This document shows, in pieces, positions 30,650 through 44,137 of a DNA stretch of 55,920 bases (the first letter of the stretch is position 1; each line of letters begins with the position of its first letter). The notes below the pieces were generated by a model. That model was not told the origin of the DNA. It saw nothing but the letters and a program-made list of their open reading frames with translations, and did not search any database. Position numbers and translations under genes: made by a program. Source of the DNA: Streblomastix strix (Eukaryota); contig SNRW01000004.1 in assembly GCA_008636045.1 (NCBI GenBank), positions 1-55,920 on the forward strand, in the 5' to 3' direction.

Positions 30650-30721
30650 GTATCAGTGGCATAGTGGGTAAATAAGTGGATTTCATATCTGATGTTGTGG
30701 GTTCGAATCCCATTAAGTGGC
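30650..30721 (+). tRNA. tRNA-like (pseudo-tRNA, possible CAT anticodon) / Pol III promoter element
   Basis: A box TGGCATAGTGG (30657), B box GGTTCGAATCC inside a good T arm GTGGG-TTCGAAT-CCCAT, TTCATA in the anticodon region and TTTT just downstream. The acceptor stem does not pair. Confidence 0.55.
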
Positions 30722-30969
30722 GGCTTTTGTATATTGAGATTTAGGTCTAAAATGCAAAAATCCGTAAGAAAAAAAATATTTTTTTTCATTTTTTGACAAA
30801 TTTTGAAATCTCCCATTTTTATTTTTTATTTTTTATTTTTTATTTTTAAGCTTTTTGGCATATCTAGGAGATGAAAATTTTATATAATTTTTACTAATAA
30901 ACATTTTCCATAAAAAATCTATTTTTCATTTTTTTGCTCCAATATGGTTAATTATTGTGTATAAAATAA

Positions 30970-32131
30970 GTGTAAAAAAATAATTTATATAATTTATAGA
31001 TGATAAAGCGTTTAAAGTTGATAAAGTTAAATTAGTGAATTTCATTAAAATCATGAATTTTATTTTTAAAATGTAATTCAACTTCAATAATTTAGAAGAA
31101 TAGTTTGAATATAAATCTATTTCTTAATGGTATAAGATTTATCTTGATAATTTTTAAAAGTATCATGCAGAACGAATAAAACATAATGTTGAACCATAAG
31201 TTAAACCGAAGATTTAATATGATCCATAGAGAATTAAGAATCTATTTAGAAGCAATGTTAAAGATAAAACCGATATTGTATAAGACATTAAATTGAAACT
31301 ATTAAAGAAGTATTAACGTTCATTCTTCTCACCTGAATTAGGGAGCTGGGAAATTGATATTATATTTATAATGCATCCAACAATTAATAAAGTAATTCAA
31401 TAATATATATTTTGCATTAATGTTAACACAAAGTTTCTAGAAGTATTTCCAATCAAAGATAAATCAGCAAATGAGCTATTAAAGTGTATTAAATAATTAA
31501 AATCTAATTAACTCGTAAGCAACATTAGATCTGATTGTGAATCAGCATTAGGTAGTAAATAAGTTAAGGATTATTTAAAAGAGAACGATATAAATTACTT
31601 CTATAACTCATCCCCTTCCATTAATAAAAATTGAGTAGTTGATTCGATAGTTAGAACAATAAGAAATGCGTTTGAAAAAGATCCTTAACAAATGGCTAAT
31701 AACAAGTAATTATAATAAGTTGTAGATGATTATAATAACACAAAGCATTCTGCATTTAAATAAAAATTCACTCCTAAATAAGGAAATGAGAATGAAGATT
31801 TGGACGGAATATATATTAGATAAAAAATTAAGAAATTAGCTGATGTAAAGCAATATCAATACAAGGATAATCTATAGGATCTAAAGAAAGGTAATATTAT
31901 AATTATACATCTTGATTTGAAAAGACTGCTCATGGATTTGAGAAATAACGTAGATAATTTAATGAAGTAGCAACATTTATAAAATATGAGCATGGAAATG
32001 TTGTTTCTGAACTATTGAAACCTTATAATGATATTAAGATTGTTGAAGTACCAATTTATTATATTCATAAGTTTGCAAACAATATTGAAACATTAAAAGA
32101 TAAATATAAGAGAATATTTAAATTAGATTGA
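30970..32131 (+). pseudogene. Retroviral-type (rve / c-int) integrase
   Basis: GSWEIDIIF, YIFCINVNTKFLEVFPIKDKSANE, NIRSDCES, N*VVDSIVRTIR, VVDDYNNTKHS..K..P. TGA at 31632 and a frameshift near 31920. Confidence 0.88.
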
Positions 32132-32151
32132 TATTTTTTCTAGATAAATAA

Positions 32152-32433
32152 ATGGACACTGAAAACTTAAAAATTATTTAAAAGGTTGGTAGACCAAATA
32201 AATATTTTACAGAATAGTAAGCATAAGAAATGGTTAAGTATTAACGTGGTGAAGCTAAGAAGAGATAACGTTTGAAGTAAAAATAATTTAAAGAATAACT
32301 CTCGATTTAGTAATCAAGATTAATAGACATATTAAATAAAACAATAATATCAGATGTTACTTTAGAGTAAATTTCTCAATTAATCGCGATCGAAGATCAA
32401 GTCAGCTATGCTGTCGAAGATCCCAATCTCTGA
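32152..32433 (+). CDS. Small basic protein (93 aa) with AT-hook-like GRP motif and coiled coil
   Basis: MDTENLKIIQKVGRPNKYFTEQQAQEMVKYQRGEAKKRQRLKQKQF...PNL-TGA; intact under TAA/TAG=Gln. Confidence 0.7.
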
Positions 32434-32446
32434 TCATAAACCTATT

Positions 32447-33463
32447 TCATTTCTTTTTTCTTCCAAATTTATTTTTAAGCTATTCTTAAGCTTTAATTGA
32501 TGACATGATACTTTCGGTAGCAATCTTATGTGTTTTAGGTTCATCCAAGTTTAATCGTTCTTCTATTGATAATAGTATTTTACGTTATCTTGCTTTAAAT
32601 GCACATAATCGGTAACTTTATAATCAACTATTTTTTGTGGCTCATTATGATACTTTCCATACCATGTATGCACTGGTTTTTATCCTAAATGTAATCTTCC
32701 AATATATTTTAGATCATTATTTGTTTCTTTATTACCTTAAATTAGTTATTTTTATTATTAATTTTATTCTTTTTCTTAATCAATCTCATTTTAAAGAGAA
32801 TCAGCTTATTAAGCAAAATCGGTGAATTAATCTATATTTATTTCGAATGGATTTAAGTCATATTAAAGCTTTTTTTACCATCGATTGAAACCTCCAAATA
32901 ATTCCATTTTTTCATTTTCACTATCTTCTATACTTCGATCAGGAGCTGATAGTTCTATCTTTGAACCAACAACATATGATGGTTAATTATAGCGATCATT
33001 AATATATTGAATATTATCTACATCTACTTCTTTCGTAAGTTGTTAAGACTATCAAATTAGTAAATTATTTATCATCTATCAAGCTTCTATATTACTTTCT
33101 ATTAGATCATTGGGACTAAATCCTCTATAGAATCGTTGTTTTCTAACTCTCCCTTTATATCCTTATATTCCTGCATCAGCTTCTTATCTCGAAATACTTG
33201 GATCAACTTCAATAATTTAATCAATAATCTTCCCCAATTAATCTTTAGGTAATCTTTTATTTATATTTATATCAATCCAATATCTTATAGAAGCTAAAGT
33301 ATTTTAGGTATTTATTTTGAATCAATGAGCTATTATTTATGTCTAAAATTTTATTTAAATTATATATATTCATATATATCTAACGCATTCGGTTAATTAC
33401 TTGGTCGTCCTGCTTTTTTGGGCTTTGAACCAGTTGATTTAGATCGTTTAACTTCTCATTACA
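32447..33463 (-). pseudogene. Polinton hypothetical basic protein
   Basis: KRSKSTGSKPKKAGRPSNQP...IEVDPSISRQEADAGIQGYKGRVRKQRFYRGF...KFGRKKK-TGA, with stops and frameshifts. Confidence 0.55.
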
Positions 33464-33900
33464 TTTTAATTGTAGATTATTAGTATTTTAGTAATAAATA
33501 AATGGAAACAAAATAATAGCTCAATAAATGTAATCTAATATGTTCGGATATTCAAATTATCATTTTAAGCATTTTATTAATAATAATTTTACTAAATTGA
33601 TATTATTTTTCTAGATTAAAAGTATGACAAAAATAAACTGTGAAGAATTTATGACTTACTCAGCATTTTTGAGCTAACTTATATCACAAGCGACAAAGAG
33701 TGATCCAGAGATAGAATTAAGATTTATTTAATGATAATACAATAAATGCCTTATGATGGAGTAATTAAAAGAAATTGTATAAATAGCAACTGAGAATAGT
33801 CAATCTGCAATAATGAAATTGATATAGTATTTAAATGAAAGTGCGTGAGGTTTATCATATCTGATGCTGGACCATTTAGGTTTATTTTTGTTTCAATGAA

Positions 33901-35365
33901 ATGATTAACATCGGCTTACAAATTATCAACTCAGATTCAGATAAAGATTTTGTAACATGGCAAACAACTATCCCTAGCGGAAGTTAATGCTTTTAAGTAA
34001 ATAGTGTCAATAACATTCTAATAAATTTAACATATTATTTGACCAATGATTATATAGAAATATAGCATAATATGGTACCAACAAATGATAGAAAAATCTA
34101 TTACTAAAATCAAATTTGTGAGAATTAATTCGAATGTGTATTATAGGAAAAATTTCCTTCAATTTGAGTTAGTTCGAATACAGCAGTTAGTAACGCTTAT
34201 ACAACAGATTAAACGTTATAAGGATATAAATTTTAGCCTGTATTACTTTATTAAACACTTACTATATTTAACAGCTTTGCTGATTAAGTTGAGAAATATT
34301 TTAGACTCTAATCAACTTTGAATGGTGGTGCGATATACTTTAATAATGTAATTATTGAACTCGTATAAAAAATATAGAATAATACGTTCTCATTAAATTA
34401 GAATTAAGGATAAGATTTAGTGAATTCAGCATTCAGTTATATTAACCTTAGAATCGATGCATTTCTCTATCATTATTGGATATTTGATACAACAGTTAAT
34501 TGTGCATATCGAATGAAGTGATTAATACGATTATATTGTCCAACATCAAATAATTACATTACTACTATTGAACCAAAGAATTTTACAGAACATGGATTAT
34601 CAATACGATATTTATTTGGTATATAAGTTGATATAAATCGTAATGGAACATTTACAATATCTGACGTATAACTAGTGAATGTATAACAATTGACAATGTA
34701 ATAAATCATTAATATCATAAACGCATTTCCTGCAAGACTCATCTGTTCTGTACCTGAGCTTTGTATTAAAGAATGGGAAAGTATTTATACAGCTATTTGA
34801 AGAACAAATTATTATGGCTAATTTGTGCCTGATGTTCTAATTGATTGTAGCGAGTAAAATAATATCTATTAGTTTGCAAATCGTATACTTTTATCTCCAA
34901 ATCTATATGTATAATTAGTTGGTGGATAGGATCTATATGATGGATAGAATGAAAATGGAGCCAATTAATTAGTTAATTTATCATCAGCTATTAAGTAAAT
35001 TGATCTCGAAGTATGGATCTATTAAATAAAATATAATAATTAAAATTTAGAAGTTGATCTTCCAATATTCTGTCCATATATCTGGAATTTTCTTGAGTAT
35101 CCATAAATGCAGATAAATTGTGTGTCCAATTAATTACAAACAATAACGATACAGTCAACTCGAGGTAATGGATTCTCAAATGTTTGTTTCAAATAAAATT
35201 TGAATGATACACCTGTATTATGGGGATAGAATATGATGAATCTGTAATGCCTTGTGCGATAGAATAAATCGTTAGTTTTTACTTTATATGATAACTTTAG
35301 AAGAAAGATTCCAATGCAATATATGGATATGTATAATAATTTACTTATAGAGATACAATTTAATA
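33901..35365 (+). pseudogene. Putative minor capsid (penton) protein
   Basis: ~490-codon beta-rich frame with 3 TGAs. The C-terminus LVFTLYDNFRRKIPM...LLIEIQF resembles the Polinton penton C-terminal pattern (i.l.D..g..i.....l.f). Confidence 0.5.
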
Positions 35366-35400
35366 AGCTATTAAAATAAATTATTTATATTTTAATCAAA

Positions 35401-38400
35401 ATGTCATATCTAAAAAAAGCGGAACTAATTAAACTAGTCAAAATTAATAATAAAAACATAAATGAATCATTAAAAGTAAATTAGCTTAAAGATTAACTCA
35501 ATGAATATTTAGACAAAATTTATTATAAGAAGAGAGGAAGAAATAACTTCAATGATTTGAAAACACATTTAAGATAGATTCATTAATACAATCAATAAAT
35601 TATTACAGATAAAGATTTGGTATAACATTTCAAATAGAATCAATATGACTAAGATTTATAGGATTATCATAAGGAATAATTGTAATAATAAGCAGATATT
35701 TACTATGATGATTTATAAGAATAGAATCAATAATTAGATTAAGATTTATCACACTATCATTCAAATTAATATGAATAAGATTTATAAGAATATCGTAGGG
35801 AATAAGAGTTACAATAAGCTAATGATTTCTAGACTGATTTATTCAACAGAGAACAAGAGTAAGCTTAAAGAATTATGGATGAAGAATATGATGCGAATCT
35901 ATAATATTTAGTAACTTTCAAACAAAATAAAGAGATTAATGATAGAATTTATTAGTTTAATGTGAAAAAAATTAGAGAATTAAATTCAGATGCAGGTAAT
36001 CTATTATATTTTCTTTTCGAGAATATGGAATAATTTATTGCAACAGTTTCTAATGCAAGATAATGATTTGCTCGTGAACGTACCATTAATTAAACAGAAG
36101 ATCTGGGGTAACTTAGCTAATTACATTATAATAATTTTATCCAATTAATATCAGATATTGAAGAGTTTGTTGATAAAGTTTATGAGGAAAAGCCCCATTA
36201 AGCATTCAAGATTTAATTTAATTTTGGAGTAATTTATGATGAATATAAGTATGATTAGTAAAATTTCATTTATGTTGATTATAGATATATATTACCTAGA
36301 GATACACAAATACAGGAACATGCTCCTAAAGTTATATAATCTAAAGATGATATTAACGAATATTAATAATACAATAAATCTGAGATAATAAATATGTAGA
36401 ATTATAAATTTGGAAGTACAAGGTAACGATATATAGCTATCTATTCGATGATGATCGAAACATTTAATCTTTAACCGTAAATTGTTGGAGTTGGTATGAA
36501 ATAATTAATCGATTTTCATTGTCTGGGTCGCAAAAATGTTATATATATAAAAATACAGGAAATAATAACAATTGTTATATGGAAGCAATAGCTAAAGCTT
36601 CACATCCAGACACCTAAGAGAAACATTATAAAAGTGAATCAATAATAAGCATTAGTAGAGAATATTTAGTTTATGTATTAGAGCTACAATTCGATTCAAA
36701 GAGTAGAAAAATGACAGATTTATTGAAGATATTTGAAGGACTAGACATAACTAAATATGCTAATATAGTATCATAAAAATTAAAAATTAACTAAGATATT
36801 TACCTTAATGATAATGAACATAAGAATTATTATAGAGGACTGTAGATAATGTATTAATGTGAGCAATAAATTGAAAAATAAGAGATTAAAACTATTGATA
36901 TATTAGTTGTTGAATCGATTTGGGAAGAAAATAAGATATCACACACTTTCGCTATAGCTAATAAATAAACATTAACTGGATTGAAATTTTGTCCTCATTG
37001 TAATTCAAAAGTATTCGATCCTAAAAATAAAAATTACTCAAGAGACTATGAGAAACACATTATTAAATGTGAAAATAGCGAAGGAAAAATAGTTAAGAAA
37101 GTTAAACTAGATTATATCTAAAAGTAATTTGTTTCACACATTATGCTGAATAAAACTTATCAATATCTATTATCAAATGGAAGATAACATGAGTTTAAAC
37201 CTACATAATACTTCATCACATATGATCTTGAAACAGTTCCCAAAATCGTTAATAAAAAGTTCAGTAAATCAAGCTACTAAATGTTTGAACTATTTTCTTT
37301 ATAAGTTGCATCGACTATTCGTAATAAATACGGGATTAAGAAAATCTTCTTTAAGTAATAGGATGGAGATGATTTTATAGTTTAACGGTTACATTAATTG
37401 TTTAAATAAGCTGAGTAAGTTAATGCAGATAATTAATATATCATAGAAGCCTGTACCTTTGATGAAACAATTCCTTATTCAATAGAAGTACAAATAGTAG
37501 GATTCAATAGCTCAAGATTTGATATATCATTAATTATATAATAAATGTAATGTAAAGATTGGACAATCAGTAATTATATTGGTAGCACATCAACAGCTAA
37601 GTTGGTAATTGTACATCATAAGAAATTGAATTTGAAGGTGAAATTTGTTGATATGTTAACGTATCTTTAACCAATTGAATTAATGTAAGCTGCTAAATAT
37701 TTTGGTGATGGATACGATGATAAAAAAGACTTATTTCCATATGAAGCTTTCAATACTGATAACGTTAATGAAGTACTAAGCAAATCAGAGCCATTTGCGA
37801 TGGAAGATTTCAAATCGTCATTAAAGAAAACTATAATTAGCTAGAAGTATTATCAGATTTAACTAGATGAAGCAAAACGATTCAAAAATAGATGGGAAAA
37901 CTTATAGTTCCATAATGAATAAGATACTTATATAATGATCAAACCATTAATGACTCTAATTAACTTACAATTTAAATATAAGATTGATATGTTTAGTTTC
38001 ATAAGTATGGCTGCAAGCTCTAATGCTATCAATTATGCAAAAGTATATGAGGATTTTGACATTTATGGAGTATATCCTAATTTTGAAGATAATTCTTAGA
38101 AATTTTACTTAACTGAGAACTATTGATAGATTAACGTGTATGTATATCAATCATAAGATAAACATTAAAGAAGAGAGACAACAAACAATGTTAAGGACAG
38201 CGATTACAATTATTTCAATTAATTATTCAAAGATTCTAATTGTAGCATTTATCGATGTAAATTCACTTTTGCCAATAAGCCAACATTAGATTGAATCGAC
38301 AATTCAAAGGGTCATTCAAAAGATAATGTTTAATCATGTTATTTATATTGCAATTGCTTCTGTTCTAACAAAGACAAAAATATAGGTAAATTGTTCTTAT

Positions 38401-40006
38401 AATTAAGTAAATATTGCGTGATAAGATGTTTACCAAATAATCTTACAGATATTGATGTATGTTACTTAATACGATCGGGGATAACAGGAGGATTATCAAA
38501 TGTAATGCATAGAGTTAATTTATCAAGAATTGATTTTATAAAATGATTATGGTATGATAAAGATAACAAAATGGTAACTGTTCTAACAACTGATCATAGA
38601 ATTACTCATGTAGTTGGTGTTGATTTTAATTCCTTATATCCTAGTGTTATGTCATCAGAGCCACATAAATTTATTAAAAATATAAGAGCTAAAAAGTATA
38701 TTTGTGGTTCATAAACATGTAAGATTGAGAGGGACGATGACCATTAAAAATAAAATATATTAAGAATAATTAGTAGCATAATTAGATTTATAGCTGATGG
38801 CTAATTATTCATTGCAGAAGTTAAAGGTCATATTTAAGAGAATTACCTTAACGATTTCATTAATTTTCCACCTATTCTAAGGAATTATGAATTCACAACT
38901 GATGAAAGAACTATCGGTAGTTATATGTATAATCATATTAAAGACAATATGATTAAGACTGATCAAAAACAAAGAAAGTTAACTAATCTATCATCAACCA
39001 TAGGAGAATATATGGCATTTAGTTCATATTATTTATGGTTTTTAATTGATCATTGCCATTTTATTATAAATGATGTGAAATAGATAGTGTTGTTCAATAA
39101 ACTTAACTAATTCAATTCATTTATTAATGAATTTACTAAAAACAGAATTGAAGCAAAATTAAATAAGAATAAGGGAAAAGTATAATTCTTTAAGATAATC
39201 ATGAATAGTTCATATGGTAGTGATGGAATGAATACAGAGAAATATCATAAAGTTAAAATAATGAATAAAAAGTAAATAGAAAGAGCTATTAGATCTAATG
39301 CATTCATAGACGAACAAAAGATATCTGAAGACAGTTATATTGTATAAATGAAACCTGAGCATTGTAGTTGTAAAACACCTTTATAAGTAACATTCTTTGT
39401 ATTGGATAATGCTAAATATTGGTATCTAAACTTCATATTTAATTTCATGTACAAATGCTCTGATACGAATAGGATACATTTTATCGAAGGGGATACTGGT
39501 TCAGCTTATTGGGCAATTAATGGAAATCCTAATGAAGATTTTACTTAGTAATTTGATGCTACAACAAAAGACCTAGATTTTTATAATGATAATGCTAAGT
39601 ATTTCTTCCCTAGCTGCACAGCAAACACAGGGATTAAAGGAGACGTTTATGATGAAAAGAAAATCCTTCGATTAGCAATAGAAAGACAAGGAATTCCAAT
39701 GCGCGCTTTTGCTCCTAAAAATTACATGATAGAAACTAACTACTGTGCTAATTTAAAATTAAAATTAAAAGGAATTAATTAGAATACTAACAAGATCACT
39801 AAAAAATAGATAGTTGATTGCATTGATGATGGAAAGATAACGAAACGCACTAGTATGATAATGAGATAAAAAAACATTAAATGAGCTAATTATCAATTGA
39901 GAAAAATAGAATCACAGGAATTCACTCAAAAATGATAGTGTTTAAGAATCAATAATGCTGTCCTTTTATGTTTGGGCTCACGGCGAAAGACTACTAATAT
40001 GAATGA
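35401..40006 (+). pseudogene. polB: Protein-primed family B DNA polymerase with Zn-finger and inserted HNH/endonuclease VII-like domain
   Basis: FCPHC...HIIKC; ExoI FITYDLET; ExoII GFNSSRFD; FVDML; LFPYE; ITGGLS; motif A VDFNSLYPSVM; motif B KIIMNSSYG; motif C EGDTGS (D>G); APKNY; KLKG. TGA at 40004-40006, with internal stops and frameshifts. Confidence 0.93.
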
Positions 40007-40010
40007 TGGA

Positions 40011-41028
40011 TCATTTATTTTTGAGAATCTCAAATTTACCCATCCATTTGTTAAAAATGATAAACTCATATTTGTTTAATATATTGTATGGTAATTGCAA
40101 ATCATCAAAATCCAAATTTTATATAGTATTTTCATCATACGCTTATCTTAGATCAGTTTCTCCAAGATTCACGCCTAAGTAAATGACATGAGTTAATATC
40201 CTAGTTATCTTGAACAAATAGGTTGGTCGTTAAGCTACAAAGAAAATAGTATTTTTTGAATGATGAAAATCACTAACGAGATGCGTTATTGTTTTATACA
40301 GTAATGAAGTAAATCATTATATATCTGCATTAGAACCAATATCATCGAAGAGCATTAATGAGTTAAGTAATTAAGCTTTTTCTAATATTGGTATTTTCGT
40401 TTCTTTTAAGTCAGCATTTTACTCGTCATCTGTAATTTTGTATTTCTTTTAGTAAATAGCGTTTTGAATTAGTGCAGGGATATCGAATCTCAATACCTTG
40501 GTTGGTTAACTATATGTATTAATGGTTTCGATTACTTTTTATTTAAATAGTTCAACAATTCAATTAAGATAATCATTAGGTTTTTCATTCTTTTTAGTCT
40601 CATTAGCTTATAAAATTTGTTCTTCCATTCGCTTAATGAAATCACAAATATACGATTATTTTTACTAATTCATTTTACACCAAGTATACATCTCTTTAGT
40701 TAAATATTTTATCTCATCAAATTCAGGTAGAAATATCATTGCTTCTCCATAAGTCATTCGATAGTTATATGTTCTTACTATTAAGGTTTAATGCCATAAT
40801 TTCATCTGCTCCATAATTCGAGAAGTATAATTTGAATAGATTGATTATTTTCTTATATATCACAACTAGCTTACGCGTTAATGTTGATTTACCACTTCTA
40901 ACAGCTCCAACATTATAATGATTTGCATTAATAAGGAACAATGAATTCTTCGTTAATAGCTTTGTTTTATATTCATTCAATAGATCTTAATTAGTAAATG
41001 TTATATCTTATAATTCTTGTAGTGACAT
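40011..41028 (-). CDS. A32-like (FtsK/HerA) DNA-packaging ATPase, possibly disrupted
   Basis: Walker A VGAVRSGKST, Walker B SLMLFDDIG, then HHSKNTIFFVAQRPTYLFKITR. Confidence 0.85.
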
Positions 41029-41044
41029 TTTCAAAAATAAAAAA

Positions 41045-41413
41045 ATGAATATTATATCGTTAATCATGGGAATAATGAATTACATGTTCTATGGTGTTAA
41101 TTTTATTACTTCAATTTTATATGTATCAATTCTTGATAAATTAATGGATACCATTAATATAATAAAAACATTATGGAGTTCTTTTGAAATTGTATTGGTC
41201 CCAATAAATATAACGAATTACATTATACAATTCTTTTACAAAAGAAAATTGGGCGAGAATTAACCACGCATTCATTGGTCATAACTATCAGTAGAATAAA
41301 TTGAAACATTTCTAAATGAAGCAATAGCCAATAAAGATTTGAAATTAATGACATATTGGAGTAATATCTTGTATCTTAAAATGTTAAATAATCCTAATAA
41401 ATAAATTATTTGA
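41045..41413 (+). CDS. Small hydrophobic (putative membrane) protein, 122 aa
   Basis: MNIISLIMGIMNYMFYGVNFITSILYVSIL...NNPNKQII-TGA; conserved in the copy at ~9310-9675 (-). Confidence 0.7.
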
Positions 41414-41423
41414 AATTAATTAA

Positions 41424-41525
41424 ATGGATGATATATATAGTTTAGCAAAAACAATTGATGATAAGTATGATGCGTATATTTATGAGATTTTTTAAAGTAT
41501 TTTAAGCATTAATCGAGATAAATGA
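41424..41525 (+). CDS. Micro-ORF (33 aa, possibly truncated) conserved between element copies
   Basis: MDDIYSLAKTIDDKYDAYIYEIF vs MEEIYSLAKTIGDKYDASEYEIF at ~9296 (-). Confidence 0.5.
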
Positions 41526-41559
41526 ATAAGATTATTAGGAAAAATAATTGTATGAATAA

Positions 41560-42090
41560 TTCAATTAACATTATACTTTCATTGAACCAATCCAAGATTA
41601 AATTGAAGACATAATCAAATATATTTAATATATCAACAATCTTATTGTTTTAAATTAAAATGATAATAATTGAAAAAGTTACTATATTACTCATCATTCA
41701 CAAATTAATTGTAAATCTATTTTTCTTCTTCACTAGCTTCAGAGATAATATATTTCTTTATTTGTTATGGTTAATTGTTTAGATCTAATAACTTTTTAAT
41801 TAATAGATATTTATTTTTGAAGTACTTATCTTATTCATTAAATAACTTATTTTATAATTTTCATCTACAACCATTGTCTTTATATTTTTTAATTATTGCT
41901 ATTGATTAGTGAGCATTTTATTGATTCTCATTAATTCTTAGAGTAATAGATTGATTGGTTCTTTTATGTCATTCTTTAACAAATTTTATAATGCTTCGAT
42001 TGTAATTTTAATTGAATCATTGTCTTGAAAGTGCGATTTGACTAATTCATTGAACAATTGTTTGATCAGTTAAGTTTAATGTTTTTCCAT
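41560..42090 (-). pseudogene. Polinton hypothetical helical protein
   Basis: ATG at 42090, open for ~130 codons then stops; homolog at 8601. Confidence 0.6.
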
Positions 42091-42199
42091 TTTTACAAAA
42101 ATAAATCCATAAATATAAACTTTTAAAGATCACCGATAAACCAACAATATCGTTAATAACCTTTAAGTTGCAGGTTTCATACCAACATAAAATCAGATA

Positions 42200-43839
42200 A
42201 TAGCTTTCATGGTCCATCTGATAGTTATTTCGATAATACTGATACACCTGATTTAACATAACCCAGTGCGGTTAAATTTGCAAGAAATGTGACAGTTAAA
42301 AGGTGTATATGATCATATCTAGAATAATAAAGTGATGTTCCATTAGAAGGATTTAAATTAGGTTTCGGAAAGCTTCCATTATTACAATATACATTAATTG
42401 AATGAGCATGATTACTTCCAGCATAAAATGTTGAATTTCCAGCAATTCCGTTACCTTCAACATCTTATAGAGGAGCTGGGGTAGATACATTAAAAGCATG
42501 GTAATGATTTGCTCTAGCATAATTAATCGAATTGCCAACTCCACAAGTTCCAGAATCAACTGGCGGTATTTCAGTTGTGGCATATTTTAAAGGATGCTAA
42601 TGGTCAATTCTTGCATATATATTCTATGTACCAGCAGAGCCAGCTGCTGTAGTAATTTTAACGGGAAGTGATGTTAATACATTTAATTAATGAGCATGAT
42701 TAGAACATGCAAATGTAGCATTAATTCCTATGACTCCATTTATTGTATCTTTAATCATTACATCAGATGAATCATTAATTGTATGTATCTGATCACTTCT
42801 AGCATATGTGTTAGCTAAACCTGCAGTTGCTTCTCCATCAGGTAATGAGTTCACTACTGATACATTTAATGGATAAATATGATCATTTCTAGCGTAAAAA
42901 TATTGATATATAATTATCTCCTTATCCATCTGGTTTTGGAATATTTCCAGCATTAGTTTCTACATTAATTGGATGAGAATGATTTGATAAAGCATAATCT
43001 GTTGAAGAACCATAAGATCCAGTAGTTGAATCAATTACTGGAATATTTGATGAAAATTTTAGTGAATGTTAATGATCGGATTTAACATATATAGTTTATG
43101 TTCCTACGTTACCAACAGAGCTATCTTTTCAGGTAACATTATAGATACATTATTTGGGTGTCTATGATCTCTTCTAGAATATTCATTTGAAATATCTGCT
43201 TAAGCTGTCCCATCAACTAATGGCAATGAATCACTAGCAGGAGTTTGTTAATCAGGAACAGTTTGACCACTTTGAATCCATTTATTTAATTATTTAGTTG
43301 AATTATCATAAATATATTCTTATAAATATTCTGCTGAATACGCATAATCACCATCGGCTGCATTAAGTAAATTATATATTTCTTATATAGTCGAATAATA
43401 TCCTCTAAAGTGTTATTATCTAAATAATTTTTATTGAATAACTACAACATCTTATTAAAGATAACCAATGTCCGCTTCCTACGAACCAATTGATGCTTAT
43501 AATTAATTCATTTCATTATCCTGCTACATTATCTAAGCTATAAAATCAAAATTAATTGGTTTTAAATTCTTTATCGTTAATAGTCCATTTGGTTCTATTT
43601 TTAATGCATAATCAGATGTCATTCAATTAATGATTAAATTATTAGCAATATACACTAATGCCCCATCGTTATCCATAAATAATTGATATTCATCATTTGA
43701 CATCATACTTTATCCAGAATTGCCACATTTCGAATATTGGTTATAGTAAGCTATATCGTAAATGATAAGTTATCTAACAATACGGATTTATTGTTGGGAT
43801 AATGAAGTACCAAACTCCGTTACCGCTGAATGTATTCAT
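42200..43839 (-). pseudogene. Fibre-like protein with ten Y-A-R-x-D-H-x-H-P type repeats
   Basis: ATG at 43839, short coiled coil, then ~30 aa repeats EYSRRDHRHP, IYVKSDHQHS, DYALSNHSHP, FYARNDHIYP, TYARSDQIHT, TFACSNHAHQ, IYARIDHQHP, NYARANHYHA, FYAGSNHAHS, YYSRYDHIHL. Contains frameshifts. Confidence 0.7.
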
Positions 43840-43864
43840 TTCTCTAAAAATAATTAGATCAATT

Positions 43865-44071
43865 TCAACGTTAATTTATAAGACGATCAAAGGCACTTAC
43901 AAGATCAGCTCCTGCACCTAATGTTCCTCCAATAGCGGGATGAATCATTCCAACAGGACCTGATATTGTTGACAAAACTTTATGTAATGCGATCGCAACC
44001 CATTAAGCTACTTTCCTAAAGCCATTTAATATTTTTGACCTAAAATTTACTATTCCAGAGAAGCAACCCAT
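43865..44071 (-). CDS. 68 aa amphipathic, Gly-rich protein with MG start (putative myristoylated virion protein)
   Basis: MGCFSGIVNFRSKILNGFRKVAQWVAIALHKVLSTISGPVGMIHPAIGGTLGAGADLVSAFDRLINQR-TGA; intact and head-to-head with the capsid gene. Confidence 0.7.
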
Positions 44072-44137
44072 TTGATTTATTATAAAAACTTTTATAATTA
44101 ACTTCTCTTCAGTTCATATATTTTTTATTTTATTGAA

